Origin: Amoebophrya sp. A120
Lineage: Eukaryota > Protista > Dinoflagellata
Assembly: GCA_905178155.1 (NCBI GenBank)
Contig: CAJINV010000002.1
Span: forward strand, 1,609,216 to 1,673,215
Direction: 5' to 3'
Length of the DNA: 64,000 nucleotides
The translations under genes and the position numbers were made by a program. Positions 51,301 through 63,300 of the stretch are shown here, one piece after another (position 1 is the first letter of the stretch; every line of letters begins with the position of its first letter). The notes below the pieces were generated by a model. That model did no database searches and was not told where the DNA came from. It was given only the letters and a program-made list of their open reading frames with translations.

Positions 51301-54300
51301 TTCGGGATTTTCACGTTCACCATCGGGGACAGAATGGATTCCGTCCGTACGTAATTATTCATCCCCGAGACTTGGTTCGGATCTCTCCCCTGCACAAAGT
51401 CGTTTTGACAAATCATGTGCAACAATTCCTCTTCAATCTCGAATTTCAAAAATGCGAACTGCCCGGCGCGGTAGTAGTCCGGAAAGATGACCGGCCGCTG
51501 GAAGCCGCTGTGTGGTGGGGCGGAAACGTCTGGGGTTATTTCCAAAAATTTTCCGACGATGATTTTATTCAACTTGTTTGGGTCATTCGGATCGTTGATA
51601 ACGTTCCCCTCGGCGTTGTCGTACTCTTTTTCCACGTAGAAAGCTCTATCCGCTTTGATCTGGATCTGGTTATTCACAAACGTCGTTGTCGAAGATGCGA
51701 CAGACGGTTCAAACTGCTGGGAGGTTTTCGTTCGCCCAGAATGGTAGAAACCCCGCATTCGATTCGCGTGAAGAAAGCTTTCCGCTAACCTATCCTCAAT
51801 TTTGTCCCAGATCGTCATGCAGTGGTTCGACAAATACGCCTTCGGTTGGGATGCGAAGTCGATCACGTCCGGGATGGAACCGAAGTTGTTCATCGTGACC
51901 TGCTCGAAATCGTAGAGGAAAGAATTACTGCCAGTCACCCCGTTGCCGTTGTTGATCTCAATCGCGTCATTCGCGTCTGTTGCACAGGGGTAAGACGCGG
52001 AGGACAAGGAATTCGCTGTCTGCCTAAACGGGCCGACAGCGACGTCGATCCTGATTCTTTTCTCGTTGTTCAGATCCGAATTGTGCTTGTAGAAGTCCGT
52101 GTTCGGGAAATTCTGGTCGGTTGTGAAGGAAGTTACCGATGCTCCGTACTGTTCTGTCATGCCGACGTAGGTGTTTAAATTCCCAGAACTCCCATGAACC
52201 TGAACAGACGAATCACCCAAAAACCCCTTCGGACTCGAATCCACCCGGAACTGCACGACTTCGACAGAATCGTCTTCCATTTCCAAATTCCCGTGCTGCA
52301 AATTGTTATTCCGGACTATTTTCAGCATCTCGGCTCTTAAAAAAGTCTTCAGCTCCTCGAGGAAGTTCGGCCCGTAGCCGAAGTTGTGCGGCTCAAACAC
52401 GCCGTTCTGCCCATTGCTGTTCGATACGACGAAGTTGTAATTGTTATTGTTACTTGACAAGTACCGGTTCATGAACACCTGCTTATCCGCCACGGTCTTG
52501 AACTCCAGAATTAACGAAGACGCCAGCGCGTACCGATCTCGCACCATCCAAGACTGCATCAAGTTCCCCGGGTGAAAGGGGTTGGAAAAATCCGTGTCGC
52601 CGTCGAGGGTTAAGCACTGGGTCGTGTAGGTCGAGGAAAACTGTGACTGCATGAGCGTCGTTTCCGACCTTGGGTCTCCGACCGCGCACTTTCTCAAAAC
52701 GCAGCCGAATAATGACTGGTAGTGCCGGCAGCACTGCTGCTTCTCTAGTTGCACTCGGTTGTCCTCGACTCGGTTAAACGCATGGACGTGCGGTTCCAAC
52801 ACCTTTTCAAGCGAAGAAGATCCTCCCGCGCGGATAGGGAGAGAAGCTCGGGAAAGACAATCGGAGAGAAAGGTGTCGGCGTGGCTGCTTAACAAATTGT
52901 TCGGGTTGAAACCCTGGTTCAAAGCTCCAAATCTCCGCATCGCGTGGACCGCGGAGTTTTGAAGAGTAAATTTCGCGAAGCACATGTCCAGGCAGCGGGA
53001 ATCGCAGGTTCCCCCGTGGGAAATCGTGGATAAGTACTGTCCGGATTGCTTCACGGTTTTCGAGTTTGCGTCGGTGAATAAGGCGCTATTCTTGTTCGAA
53101 TCAAATAAATGCTCTCGTTCCCTCTTCCGGGTGAAACCAACATTGGTGCATTGACACTCCCGTCTCCGCCTGCATTCGTTATTATCACTACCCCCGCAAA
53201 CGTGGACAATTTTGCAGTTGTGCGGTGATGGACAGGCAGTTGCGCATTCTTGTTCAATCTTCGGATTCGTCATGCACGCTTTCCCGCCATTCCCCGGCTG
53301 ATACCCGATCGGTTCACATTCACAGCTGTAGCTGGTCTGTGGCCCGTTGAAATTCACCACATCGACGTTGGTAAGGGAGAAGGGGGACTGGGCGACACAG
53401 CGGTTCCCGGTTCTTTTCGTCGATGACCCTGGGACGAAGACCTCGCAACTAGCCTCTTGCGTGCTAGTACAGCCAGAAGGGCCGATCGTAGTTAACAACT
53501 GGTCCCCTCGGTACTGCGGCTTCAACCGGCAGAACTCCCCGATACTGTTATCCGCTCTCAACTGCGCCGGTACGTGGTCAAAAAACTGACCATTACACGC
53601 GCAATTATGCGCACTGCCGTCGGGAGAAGGTGCGCACGTCGTCAGCCCGTTCCCCTGCATTCGGTCGACCGGCCAGGGAGACGGTCTGAGAACTTGGGAA
53701 GACAGCCAGCCGACAACGCCTTTGTACTTGTTATCGTCAAATCGGATTTTCACGTTCAACTGCCGAAGCATCTCCTTCGCGGAAGTGCGCACATTTTCGC
53801 CCAACGAGTTAAAATCCACTACTTCCAAAACCGTCGCCTCGTAGTAGTCAAACCGAGAATGTGAAATGCAAATATGTCTGGGTCTGGAAGAATGCAAGTT
53901 TGTCATGCTTGTCTGGCGTGACTCGTAAATCTGTAATGCATGAGCAGGAAAAGAGCCTCTTGCCTGTCATGCAAAAACGCAGTTTGTCATGCGGAAAACG
54001 AAACACAGTAGCAGTTGAAAAATTTGTCATGCTTGGCTGCGTATTGCAGTCCGCCCACTAGTCACATTTTAGCATCACAAGTTTCCAGACCCAGACATAT
54101 TTGCAGTTGATACAGAACTCGTCTGCGCGGTGGATTCCAACGCGACTACTTCTTTGAACCAAGTAGGTAGTCTACTCGACGTTTTCGTCGCGTTCACCAT
54201 GCGGATATGCATTGCAAAAGTATCGCACTCGTAGTAATCGCAGGTATGCATTACAAATCTCCACCCCAACGTAAAACAGCATGACAAACTCCATTTGTCA

Positions 54301-57300
54301 TGCTGAGCCAATTTGTAATGCAATTGCTACTAATACGATGCTTTTGCACAGGATAGCGGAGTAAGCCGACGTTGTGGGGGCCAATAGTCACTTTCATTCC
54401 CGGTTTGAAGAAGTTGTTTGCGGAGAAAGATAAATCCTCCCAATCGTAGCAGGCATCCTCCACCGGCCCGGTAACACACGCCTTCCGCGCTTCGGGCGAA
54501 ACGCAGACCGGTCGTCCACGTAAGATCGGCACCGCGGGTATCAAATGCAAAAATGTCTGGGTTTGGAAGGATACAGCTTGTGATGCTGCAATTGGATTCC
54601 AAACAAATCTGTATTGCAAGAGCAGCAATGGCGGGAGTGTAGTTTTTGCTACGGGAAGAGGGCATTTGTCATGCGGAATAGGCATCCAGAAGTCCTCAAA
54701 AAGTCTCTGATGCTAGGGCATGCATCACAGACATCATGGCTCATGCAAAACTTGCATGACAGGTCTCAGAATCTTCCAGACCCAGACATTTTTGCACTTG
54801 ATAGCGGCGTAGGTTGGTGGGTAGACCGAACTCATGTACCCAGGGCTGCAGCTGCAGCTGTACTGCTGTTTCCCGTTGTTGTGACAGGACGTGAAGAACC
54901 CATCAGGCCCGCAGGGGGCGTGCGGTGCAGAATACGGCCAAAACCCACCCGGGTTGTTGATCTCGCAGGGGTTCACGTATTTACAGATCGGCTTCCCCTC
55001 CCGCGCTGGGATGGAATTCGATTCGTTTGCGTAGGTGATGTGGGAAATGTAGTCCTCAGATTGGCACTGACACTCGTAAGAACCCGTTTCGATATTCACA
55101 TTCTTGCAGTGGTGGATGCTGGTTAAGCTGTGCATATGCACGTACTCATTCCCGCCACAAGGATTCATGCTCGTGCTCGGGCTCTCCGGCCATAAACCAT
55201 GCACGTTCCCCTTGATACACGGATCCCGGATCAAGCACATCGGCCGACCGATACTCGTTGGACTCGTGTAGTTTTTGCTGTTCTGCATCCCCTGGAAATA
55301 CCCGAACATCCAGGTGTTGTTGGGGTTCACCAACGGGTAGAGGTGTTTCTCATTCTGCTTCTCCGTACATTCGCATTTGTACCCGAACTCGTTCGCGTCG
55401 AAATCGACAGTGCATTTCGTATCTTGTGGCGACCCCAAGCAGCTCGTCAACCCGTGGCCGTAATCCTTTTCTTTGTGTAGGTACCCCGCGTAGTACTCAC
55501 ACGGACCTTCTTTTGTATGCCGGAGCAAAGGCCCGGTGGAAGAATCAAACTCCCGGTCGTGAAACCGACTCATGAATCGGAACTTCCCGGCGTTGATTTT
55601 GAACGGCTGGACGACCGGGCTGTCATCGGCGATTTGCAGCTCCAAATTGAACATCGCGCGTGGCAGATTCTGCACCATGCTGCCCTGGTCTTGGTACACG
55701 GTTTCACGGAGATTTGGCAAATCGTACACCTTTTTGCCGTGGTTTTTGTAGTGCTGGGGGGGATTGGGAATGAACATCCCGAAACTGGTTGGGCTTGTGC
55801 TAAAATCGTACAACTGCCCCGCGGCCCAGTCCTTGCAGAATTCCTTCATGAGAAAGGAAATGTCGATCTCTTCGTAGTGTTCGTTCTGCCCGAAAATCCC
55901 ATCTGTGTAGTCCAAGTTGGCGCGGTACTGCAGAGACCGGGACTTGTTCTCGGAAGTCGATTTGTCATGCTGCTGAGCTACACCAGCTCCAGCTGCTGGA
56001 ACAACAGCACTCTTCCCACCTCCAATTCCCGCTAACAGTTTCCTCGGTGGATTCGGGGGTGGAGAACTTGAACTGCTGGTGGTGGAGCTGCTGCTGCCAC
56101 CAATAGTAGCGCCACCTTGCGGCGGGATCTGGTTCAAATTTAAAGTCTGCGTCTCCTGGTTGTACAAAAGGTTGTTCATGGTGTCCGCGTATGGAATGCA
56201 AATATGTCTGGGTCTGGAGAAATGCAACTTGTGATGCGCATTTCACAACACATAAAAATCTCTCATGCACACGCAGCAAAAGCTGCCCACTTTCTGTCAC
56301 CAAAATGGGGCATTTGTCATGCGGATTTGCCATTGCGGAAGCTTCTCCAAACCTGTGATGCTAGCGCTTCCATGCCAGACCTTCTGTGTCATGCAAAAGC
56401 AGCATGACTCTTCCAGACCCAGACATTTTTACAGTTGATACCGCGTTCAACCATCGCGGGACTGTGCCGGAAAATTCGGGGAAGTCCGGGTTGGTGGTGG
56501 TCGTTAAAGTTGTCGTCGTGGTCGTCGTGGTGGACGTTGGGGGGAGAATACACTCGATCTGAATGTGGTGGATAAACAACACCGCGTCTTTGTTTGCTTC
56601 GAACACCAACGTTTGGTTCGGGTGGAATTCCAGCGTTTCGGTGACGTTGGTAATTCCAGTGCCGTTCGCGACTTTCAGCTGCTCGAAGGGTAAACCCCAC
56701 CGGTTGTCGCCCTCGAGAAAGACGGTGGCGTTGGAGGTCTGTGATAGTTTGGGTATTATTTTATCAAGGGCTTCTTTATCTTTTGCACAGACACTGAAGC
56801 ATCCATTGCAACGCAAATCTGTCGCGATAAAGCGGAAAGCCCACAACCTTTCGCATTTTTTGCCCGAACTCTCGTGTTTAGCACAGGGTATTCTGGCGAC
56901 CCTGGCTGCGCGTTTCCTCCTCTCCTAGTTGCGCGGCTAGCACAATTGGCAGCGCGCTTGGACGATTCTGAATGCGCGCGCGGTAAATGCGCCGCGTTAG
57001 CGCCGTAAGCTCCTTCGCAATGCGTAGGAGATCAGCGTGCAGGGGGTCCTTAAGGTGCGTCCTCGACCTGTCTATGCGTAGGCTAAGTGCTGGCACCCAA
57101 CTGCAGACGGATAGAGTGGGAAACTGCCACTCGGACTAGGAGGTCTGGGTTCGAATCCCAGAACGCGCATTTTTCCGGCGAAGCCAAAGTCTGGCTCGTA
57201 TGAGACGTAGAACATACCAAGCGCCCGTTTGGCGTAAGGACTCCTTCGAGCATATAACTCAGTACTGCAAATCTCGCTGCGGGAGCAGTTGTTTTTTGCA

Positions 57301-60300
57301 GCAGCTAGTTTTTCTATCCTTTTGCTCACAACCCTGTGTTTAGCAAAGCTATTCTGGCTAGGTAGCTCTACGCTGTTCCCCCACAATTCAATGCGCGGCT
57401 AGCACAATCGGAAGTGCGCCCGGTTGTGCCTGGGCGGGGGGCCGGTGAGCCAGGGAAAATAAACCTGCCGCCGGAGGCTTGGACTGAGAAAATCTCTCGA
57501 GAGCCGTAGCACCCGGTTGCTCGTGCTAACACGAGATCAGGTTACCCGTGCGGAAGACGAGTGTCGGAAGACACCGCGCCGCGCGCCTCGACGTACGCGA
57601 GGACTGGGAGGTCCGGGTTCGAATCCCGGAACGCGCTACTTTTCCGTGCAGAAAACTGCGACGCGTAATAACAGGCGACGAAGACAGCGAAAAACAATCA
57701 AAAAAAGGCGCGTTCCAGGATTCGAACCCGGACCTCCTAGTCGTTTTATCTGGATTGAAAGCGGATTTTCTGCTGGCTCGCATTCGCGGCTGGCGCGACC
57801 TCCATCAATCAATCTGCACGCTCTCCACCGGGGGAGATACCTGACTACGCCTCTGTCCAGCGTGCAGGCGACGCGCGAGGAGGGGACTCACTTAGTCGAC
57901 TCGCGACTTTGATATCCCCTGGAATCCTCACGGTCGCGTGCTCGACCAGGCGCACTACCAGTTGTGCTAGCCGCGCATTGTCATGCTCGAACGAATGAAA
58001 TCCAGGGTCACCAGAATGACCCTTGCTAAACACTTGCATTCGGGCAAAAAATGCCGCGAGTGGACAATCTACAGCCATCCACGGGCGATTTTAAGCGCAA
58101 AACCAGCAGTCGCGCAACAAAGAAGAAAGGCGCGCGTCCCGGGATTCGAGCCCGGACCTCCTAGTCCATTCCATCTGTAATTCAGTGCCGATCCGAACCG
58201 GCCGACGCCTTCCGGCGGATGTTTATATGCCGCGATCAGGTCGGCAAACGCACTGATTACTTCAGCCTGAACTCCTGCCATTAGAGCAGGAGAAACCTGA
58301 CCGCACAGCCCGCTTGCGCAAGCGGGTGGTGCCGGCACCGGCGATCAGGTGGTTAACGATCCTTAGGATCTGCCAGGACCGACCGGGCGCACTTCCAGTT
58401 GTGCTAGCCGCGCATTGTAGCGCAGAACCACGTGACAGCCAGGGTCACCAGAATAACCCCTGCTAAACACTCGCATTCGGGCAAAAAATACCGCGAATGG
58501 ACAATCTATAGCCAGCGTTTTCAAGCGATTTTGCTTCGCAAAAACTTCCTGCCCTCGGCAGGGGCCAACTGCGTTTCCATTTTTCGGAACGAAGAGAAAA
58601 AACTCGAAAAAGCAAGCGAAAAAGTTGCCGTTCCGGGATTCGAACCCGGACCTCCTGGTCCGTCTTGATCTCAGACGGGAGTGCATGCGTTCTTTGCTTT
58701 CCACTCCTGGAACCCGATCTCCAGAAGGAGATTCCTGATCACACTCCCCAAGTCAGACTGGTCTTGTCTGGGTGGCACCGGTACCGGCGATCAGGCGTGA
58801 TGAGCAGAGGACAACCACTGCCAGCAGTTCCTTGACCGGAACCAGCGGGACTACCTCCACACACCACCAGGCTCGACCAGGCGCACTACCAGTTGTGCTA
58901 GCCGCGCAATTACTCGAAGAAACATATCAAAACCAGGGTCACCAGAATAGGCCATGCTAAACACTCGCATTCGGGCAAAAAAATGCTGTGTGGGAAAATC
59001 TAATGCCAAATCAGGAATGAAGATTTTCAATCATTTCAAATGAACATAAGCCGTGAGCAATCAACCCCATTGCCCGTATAGAGGAAGTAATCGTAAAAAC
59101 TGAGCAACAGAAAACACAACATTCAGAACTTTCATCCAAAGAACAATACCGCCCGATTCGACATCGTAATTGCGTCGTTGCAATTTCCGAAAGTCACCGT
59201 CACCCGCCCGTACCCGTGCATGGGTAGTTTTATCTGTTTTCTCTTGTAGTCGGGCGAGCCCTCGTTTCTGCCCAGAAATATCAAATGCAAATATGTCTGG
59301 GTCTGCATCGGTGAAACTTGTAGTGCGCTTTTCACAACACACAAAAATCTCTCATGCATAGACAGCAAATGCTGCTCGCTTTTGTCACCGGCAAAATAGG
59401 CAATTTGTCGTGCGGATTAGGCATCTACGCAGCTACTTCTCAAAACCTGTAATGCTAGACCTTGCATGCCAGATCTTCTGTGTGGTGAAAAAACCGCATG
59501 ACAAAAATCTGCATCGCTCCAGACCCAGACATATTTGCAAGGCATAAGAAATGCGTTCGGACAACTACGGATCAACGTATCCGTCAACCCAGTCGTCGCA
59601 TCCGTGTCCCAGGACTCGTAGTACATCAACCCGTTAGAATCTGCCGCCGAGTCCACCCGCCACCCGCGCGAAAGCATCGAATCCGCGGTCGTCGGGTAGT
59701 AGTTATAATTGTCGCTCTCCGCACTGTCCATGCACTTCGACGGATCGGTGCTGCTTCCGTCGGGGATTTTGAAATCACACAGGATTTGGATCTGCTTCAA
59801 GTAAATCCGGGCGTAGTTCCCCGGCCCTTCGTCCCGTAAACTCAAAAGATCCCCGGCGACGTAGGGAACGGTGACTTCCCGATCCGTGTTTTTCTTCCAC
59901 ACTTGATCGACCAAAGTGCTCGACCCGTCCACATGCTCGATGTAGGCGGCGATTACTTGCTGGGATTCCTCGGCTTGAGTCAATTCCTCCGGGTAGCAGT
60001 TGCCGTAGACAAAGCGGACGTAACCCCCGGTCCCGTTCAACGGGAAGTCCAGTCGGCCGATGGTGCTGGCGTTGGGCGTATGCGCGATCCACCGCGGGAT
60101 GAAGTGGTTGTCGAAGTCTTTCTTGCCGTTCCCGCGTAACGTCATGTTCCCCCCGCAGTAGCCGTAGTCGGGGTCTGGGGTGGCGCCGGGGTCGGGGGTG
60201 GTTGGTGTGTACCCGGGGTCGGGGGTCGTGGTACCTGGGTCGGGGGTACTTGTACCCGGATCTGGTGTTGTAGTGCCATATACCCTCGGATTCACGATTT

Positions 60301-63300
60301 CCGCACTAAACGGGTCCTTCAGCCACTCCATACTGCTCCCCAACTCCCACGTCTCCGCAATCGACTCGCGATTCGCACAACTGACCGTGTGTGTCTGCCG
60401 CGGCGCTTCACACCGGACCCGCACTCGCGTAATCGCCATCGCCATCGTGTTACTTCCCCCGGCGATTAGAATCGATAGCTTCTGTCCGGGGGCAAACTTG
60501 ATTCTCTGCGTCAAATGCTGCGAGAATTCGTTGTACGGCGCGTTACCTTTGTTGTGATTCAGGATCTTCTTGTCGTAGTGCGTGCCGAACTGGTTTTTCC
60601 CGGAGAGAGCGAAGTTCACATTCGGCATATCGTAAGGAAAAACGTCCCCACCCCATAGTTGTAATGCTAATCCGTATGCTGAGAATGTTTCTCATGCGCA
60701 GCCCCATGAGAAGCATTTTCTAGTTGTGTTTCGGAATTTGTCATGCTCCAACAAGCATCATATGCTAGATCTGTGATGCTGCTGGACCAGCTAAACAGCA
60801 TCAAACTACGAGGCAAAACTTTTCATGCACAGCAACCAAAGCTGGCTGATTTGTGTAGCAGATTCCCCATCTTGACTCTGGGGTGGGGACGTTTTTACTC
60901 AGGATACGGCATTACCCCAGAGCCACTACCAGTGTTGCAGAGGTAAAACGAAACCTCCATAGTCCCGTAAGCGGAAAACGTGTAGTCAATCGCCCCGTCT
61001 TGGAACCAGTAGTTGTGTCCGCACGCCTGCTATTCATTGCAAAAGTACTTCTATCGCACTCGTAGTAATTGCATTCTTGCATGACAAATCCAACTTTCTA
61101 CCGGAACTAGCATGACAAATTGCATTTTTGTTCTTGAGAAAATTTGTGATGCAAATTATACTAGTAGGATGCTTTTGCAATGCATAACTGCCACAACCCC
61201 TTCATGGTCATGTCCTGCCCGTCCCAAACCGCGTGCGGATCATTCATGCTCGCGTTTTTCACGTCCCACCCGCGGATTTGCATCGAACTTTTTGTCGTTG
61301 GCTCGTAGTCCCAGTCGTAGCAGTCGGTTCCGTTGAACTGCAACCCATAGTCCGGGTACCCGAAGACGGTCAGATCTAATCGCGGAGTGGTCGTCGAAGA
61401 ACCTGGGTCATTGTTCGCCGGCTGGTTTTGCGAAGGAGCGTGTTGCAATATCGTGTCGCACAAAATCTCAAAAGATTTGATGTACAGCGCCGACCCGGAA
61501 ATCGTTTCCAACACCAGTCGCTGGAACTGACTGTACCGAAAAGTCAATTCCTGGTCCCAATCATTTCCAAACGACCTCTATCCACTGCAAATACGTCTCT
61601 GTCTGGAAGAGTGCAGGTTTGTTATGCTTGGCCGACAAGACAGAAAAGTCTGTCATGCTTGGTGCGCTACAGTGCCACTTGTTTGTCATGCAAAAAGCCA
61701 TTTGTCGTGCGGTTCACTCTAGACATAGCTACTCAGAAACTTGTCATGCGCGGCCCCCTAATACAGGATGCATATTTCATGCAGACATTAGCATCACAAT
61801 TTTCCAGACCCAGACATATTTGCAATGCATAACCTCGCTAATACCGTTTCGGTCGTGTCTGTCGCACTCGCTCTGAGCTTCGCGGTGACGTGCTGCGTCG
61901 CGCTGTTGCAGTTCCCGAAGACAATGCGGATCAACTATGACAGTGCACAACTCCCCCTCCCCCTCATTTGTATCGCATGAACGGCAACACAAACTTAGCA
62001 AGAGTGCCGGTTTTGCATCACAAATTTGCACTGGAGTGCAGTGCTATTTGGGCAACCAGAACCTGTCATGCAAACAGTGCTAAGAGTGGTCAAAGGGTGG
62101 ATTGGGCATTTTGCATGACAAATGAGGGGGAGGGGGAGTTGTGCAGTGTCATATCAACCCCGTTTCGTTCAAGATCAACTCCATCCTCCCCGGGTACTGT
62201 GCATCTGTCGATATGCATTGCAAAAGTGTCGCACTCTTAGTAATTGCAATCATGCATATACAAATCTTTTTCTTGAGGTAAATCAGCAGCACAAATTTTA
62301 TTTCTCATGCTGAGGAAATTTGTAATGCATTTACACGAGTACGATACTTTTGCACAGGATAGTCGAAAACCCGTACCAACTGTTCGCCGGCTGACACTCG
62401 GCGTGCACCGGATCGGTGTTGGGTCGGAAATCTGGCCCGTTGATCATCTGGTTATATTGCGTCGCCCTCCCGTCTAGTCCGGCGTTGTTGATCCGCCAGG
62501 CTGTGGACAGCCCGGAGGTGTGCCACTGTTCCGGCTTCGTCGTGTACTCGTCGAGCCACTCGACCGGTTGTTGGCCACTACTACCGGGGCTTGGCGAGGG
62601 AGAAGGACTCGGACTCGTGTTGTTCTGTGCGCCGGGTGTGCAGTGATTCGGTGCGACGTTCTGCTCAATGCCGCACACGTGGTCTCCGTTCCCGTTTTCG
62701 ATTCTTAATTGGAATTCCGACGCATGATTATCCTCGGAGCAGGAATTCAGTAAGGTGAGCTGCGTGCTGCTCGCATCGTTTTGGAGAACTAGGTATTTTT
62801 GACTTCCCTTGTTCTTCAAACACACAAACACGCTCGTCGTACAACTATCCGTCCACATGTGGTGGTTGTGGTAGTACACCTCCCAATGGAAGTAATTGTT
62901 CGTAGTATCCGCAGCAGACTGGAGAATCACTTCGCTCAGCGCGGAGTCGACCCCCAAAGTGTACGTCTCCGCAACCGTTTTGATCACGTAAGAAGGATTC
63001 GGCTGCGGGTCTTGCTGGAAGAACTTAAACCCATTTTCGTCCCCGGTCGCGGTGTTAATGTTCTGCGCTGTGTCGATCTGCACCTTCGCCTGCGCCTTGC
63101 TGAAGAAAACGTCCTTCATAGACTGTTGGTGCCGGATTGTCACCGGCTGTTTGTTCGTGTCACAAGTTCGTGGCGTCGTCGGCTTCGGTTGAGTCGTCCA
63201 AGAACCACTTGCTCCACCGCCTTGGTTTGCCGGCACCCCGCTGCTGACCTGACAGTTGTTTGGCGCCACGTTTTGCTCGACCCCGCAGACATGCTCACTG

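Larger units (their letters stand above)
56739..59149 (-). other. Probable 2.4-kb canonical GT-AG intron hosting the tRNA-like RNA array
   Basis: GCG|gtattg ... tcacag|ACC joins ..AITMSNRA|TSNATVFLEG.. in phase 0. Confidence 0.6.

Noticed and set aside
57905-57920. TATCAAAG in copy-3 cargo resembling introner termini (possible guide pairing)
   Set aside because: A 7-8-nt match is expected by chance and is not shared by the other four cargoes
56931-58907. Ordinary intron-containing tRNA genes
   Set aside because: Anticodon differs between near-identical bodies, U33 is mostly absent, acceptor pairs 6-7 are mismatched and inserts are unusually long; kept as tRNA-like ncRNA
56931-58907. tmRNA
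   Set aside because: Full D stem present, no G3-U70 alanine identity pair, no shared tag ORF seen, nuclear Pol III context
4796-62313. Dozens of short ORFs sharing peptides such as FQTQTFLHLI, CKNVWVWK, LPDPDIF, IWGGGIF
   Set aside because: They are translations of introner TIRs in all frames and both strands, not a protein family
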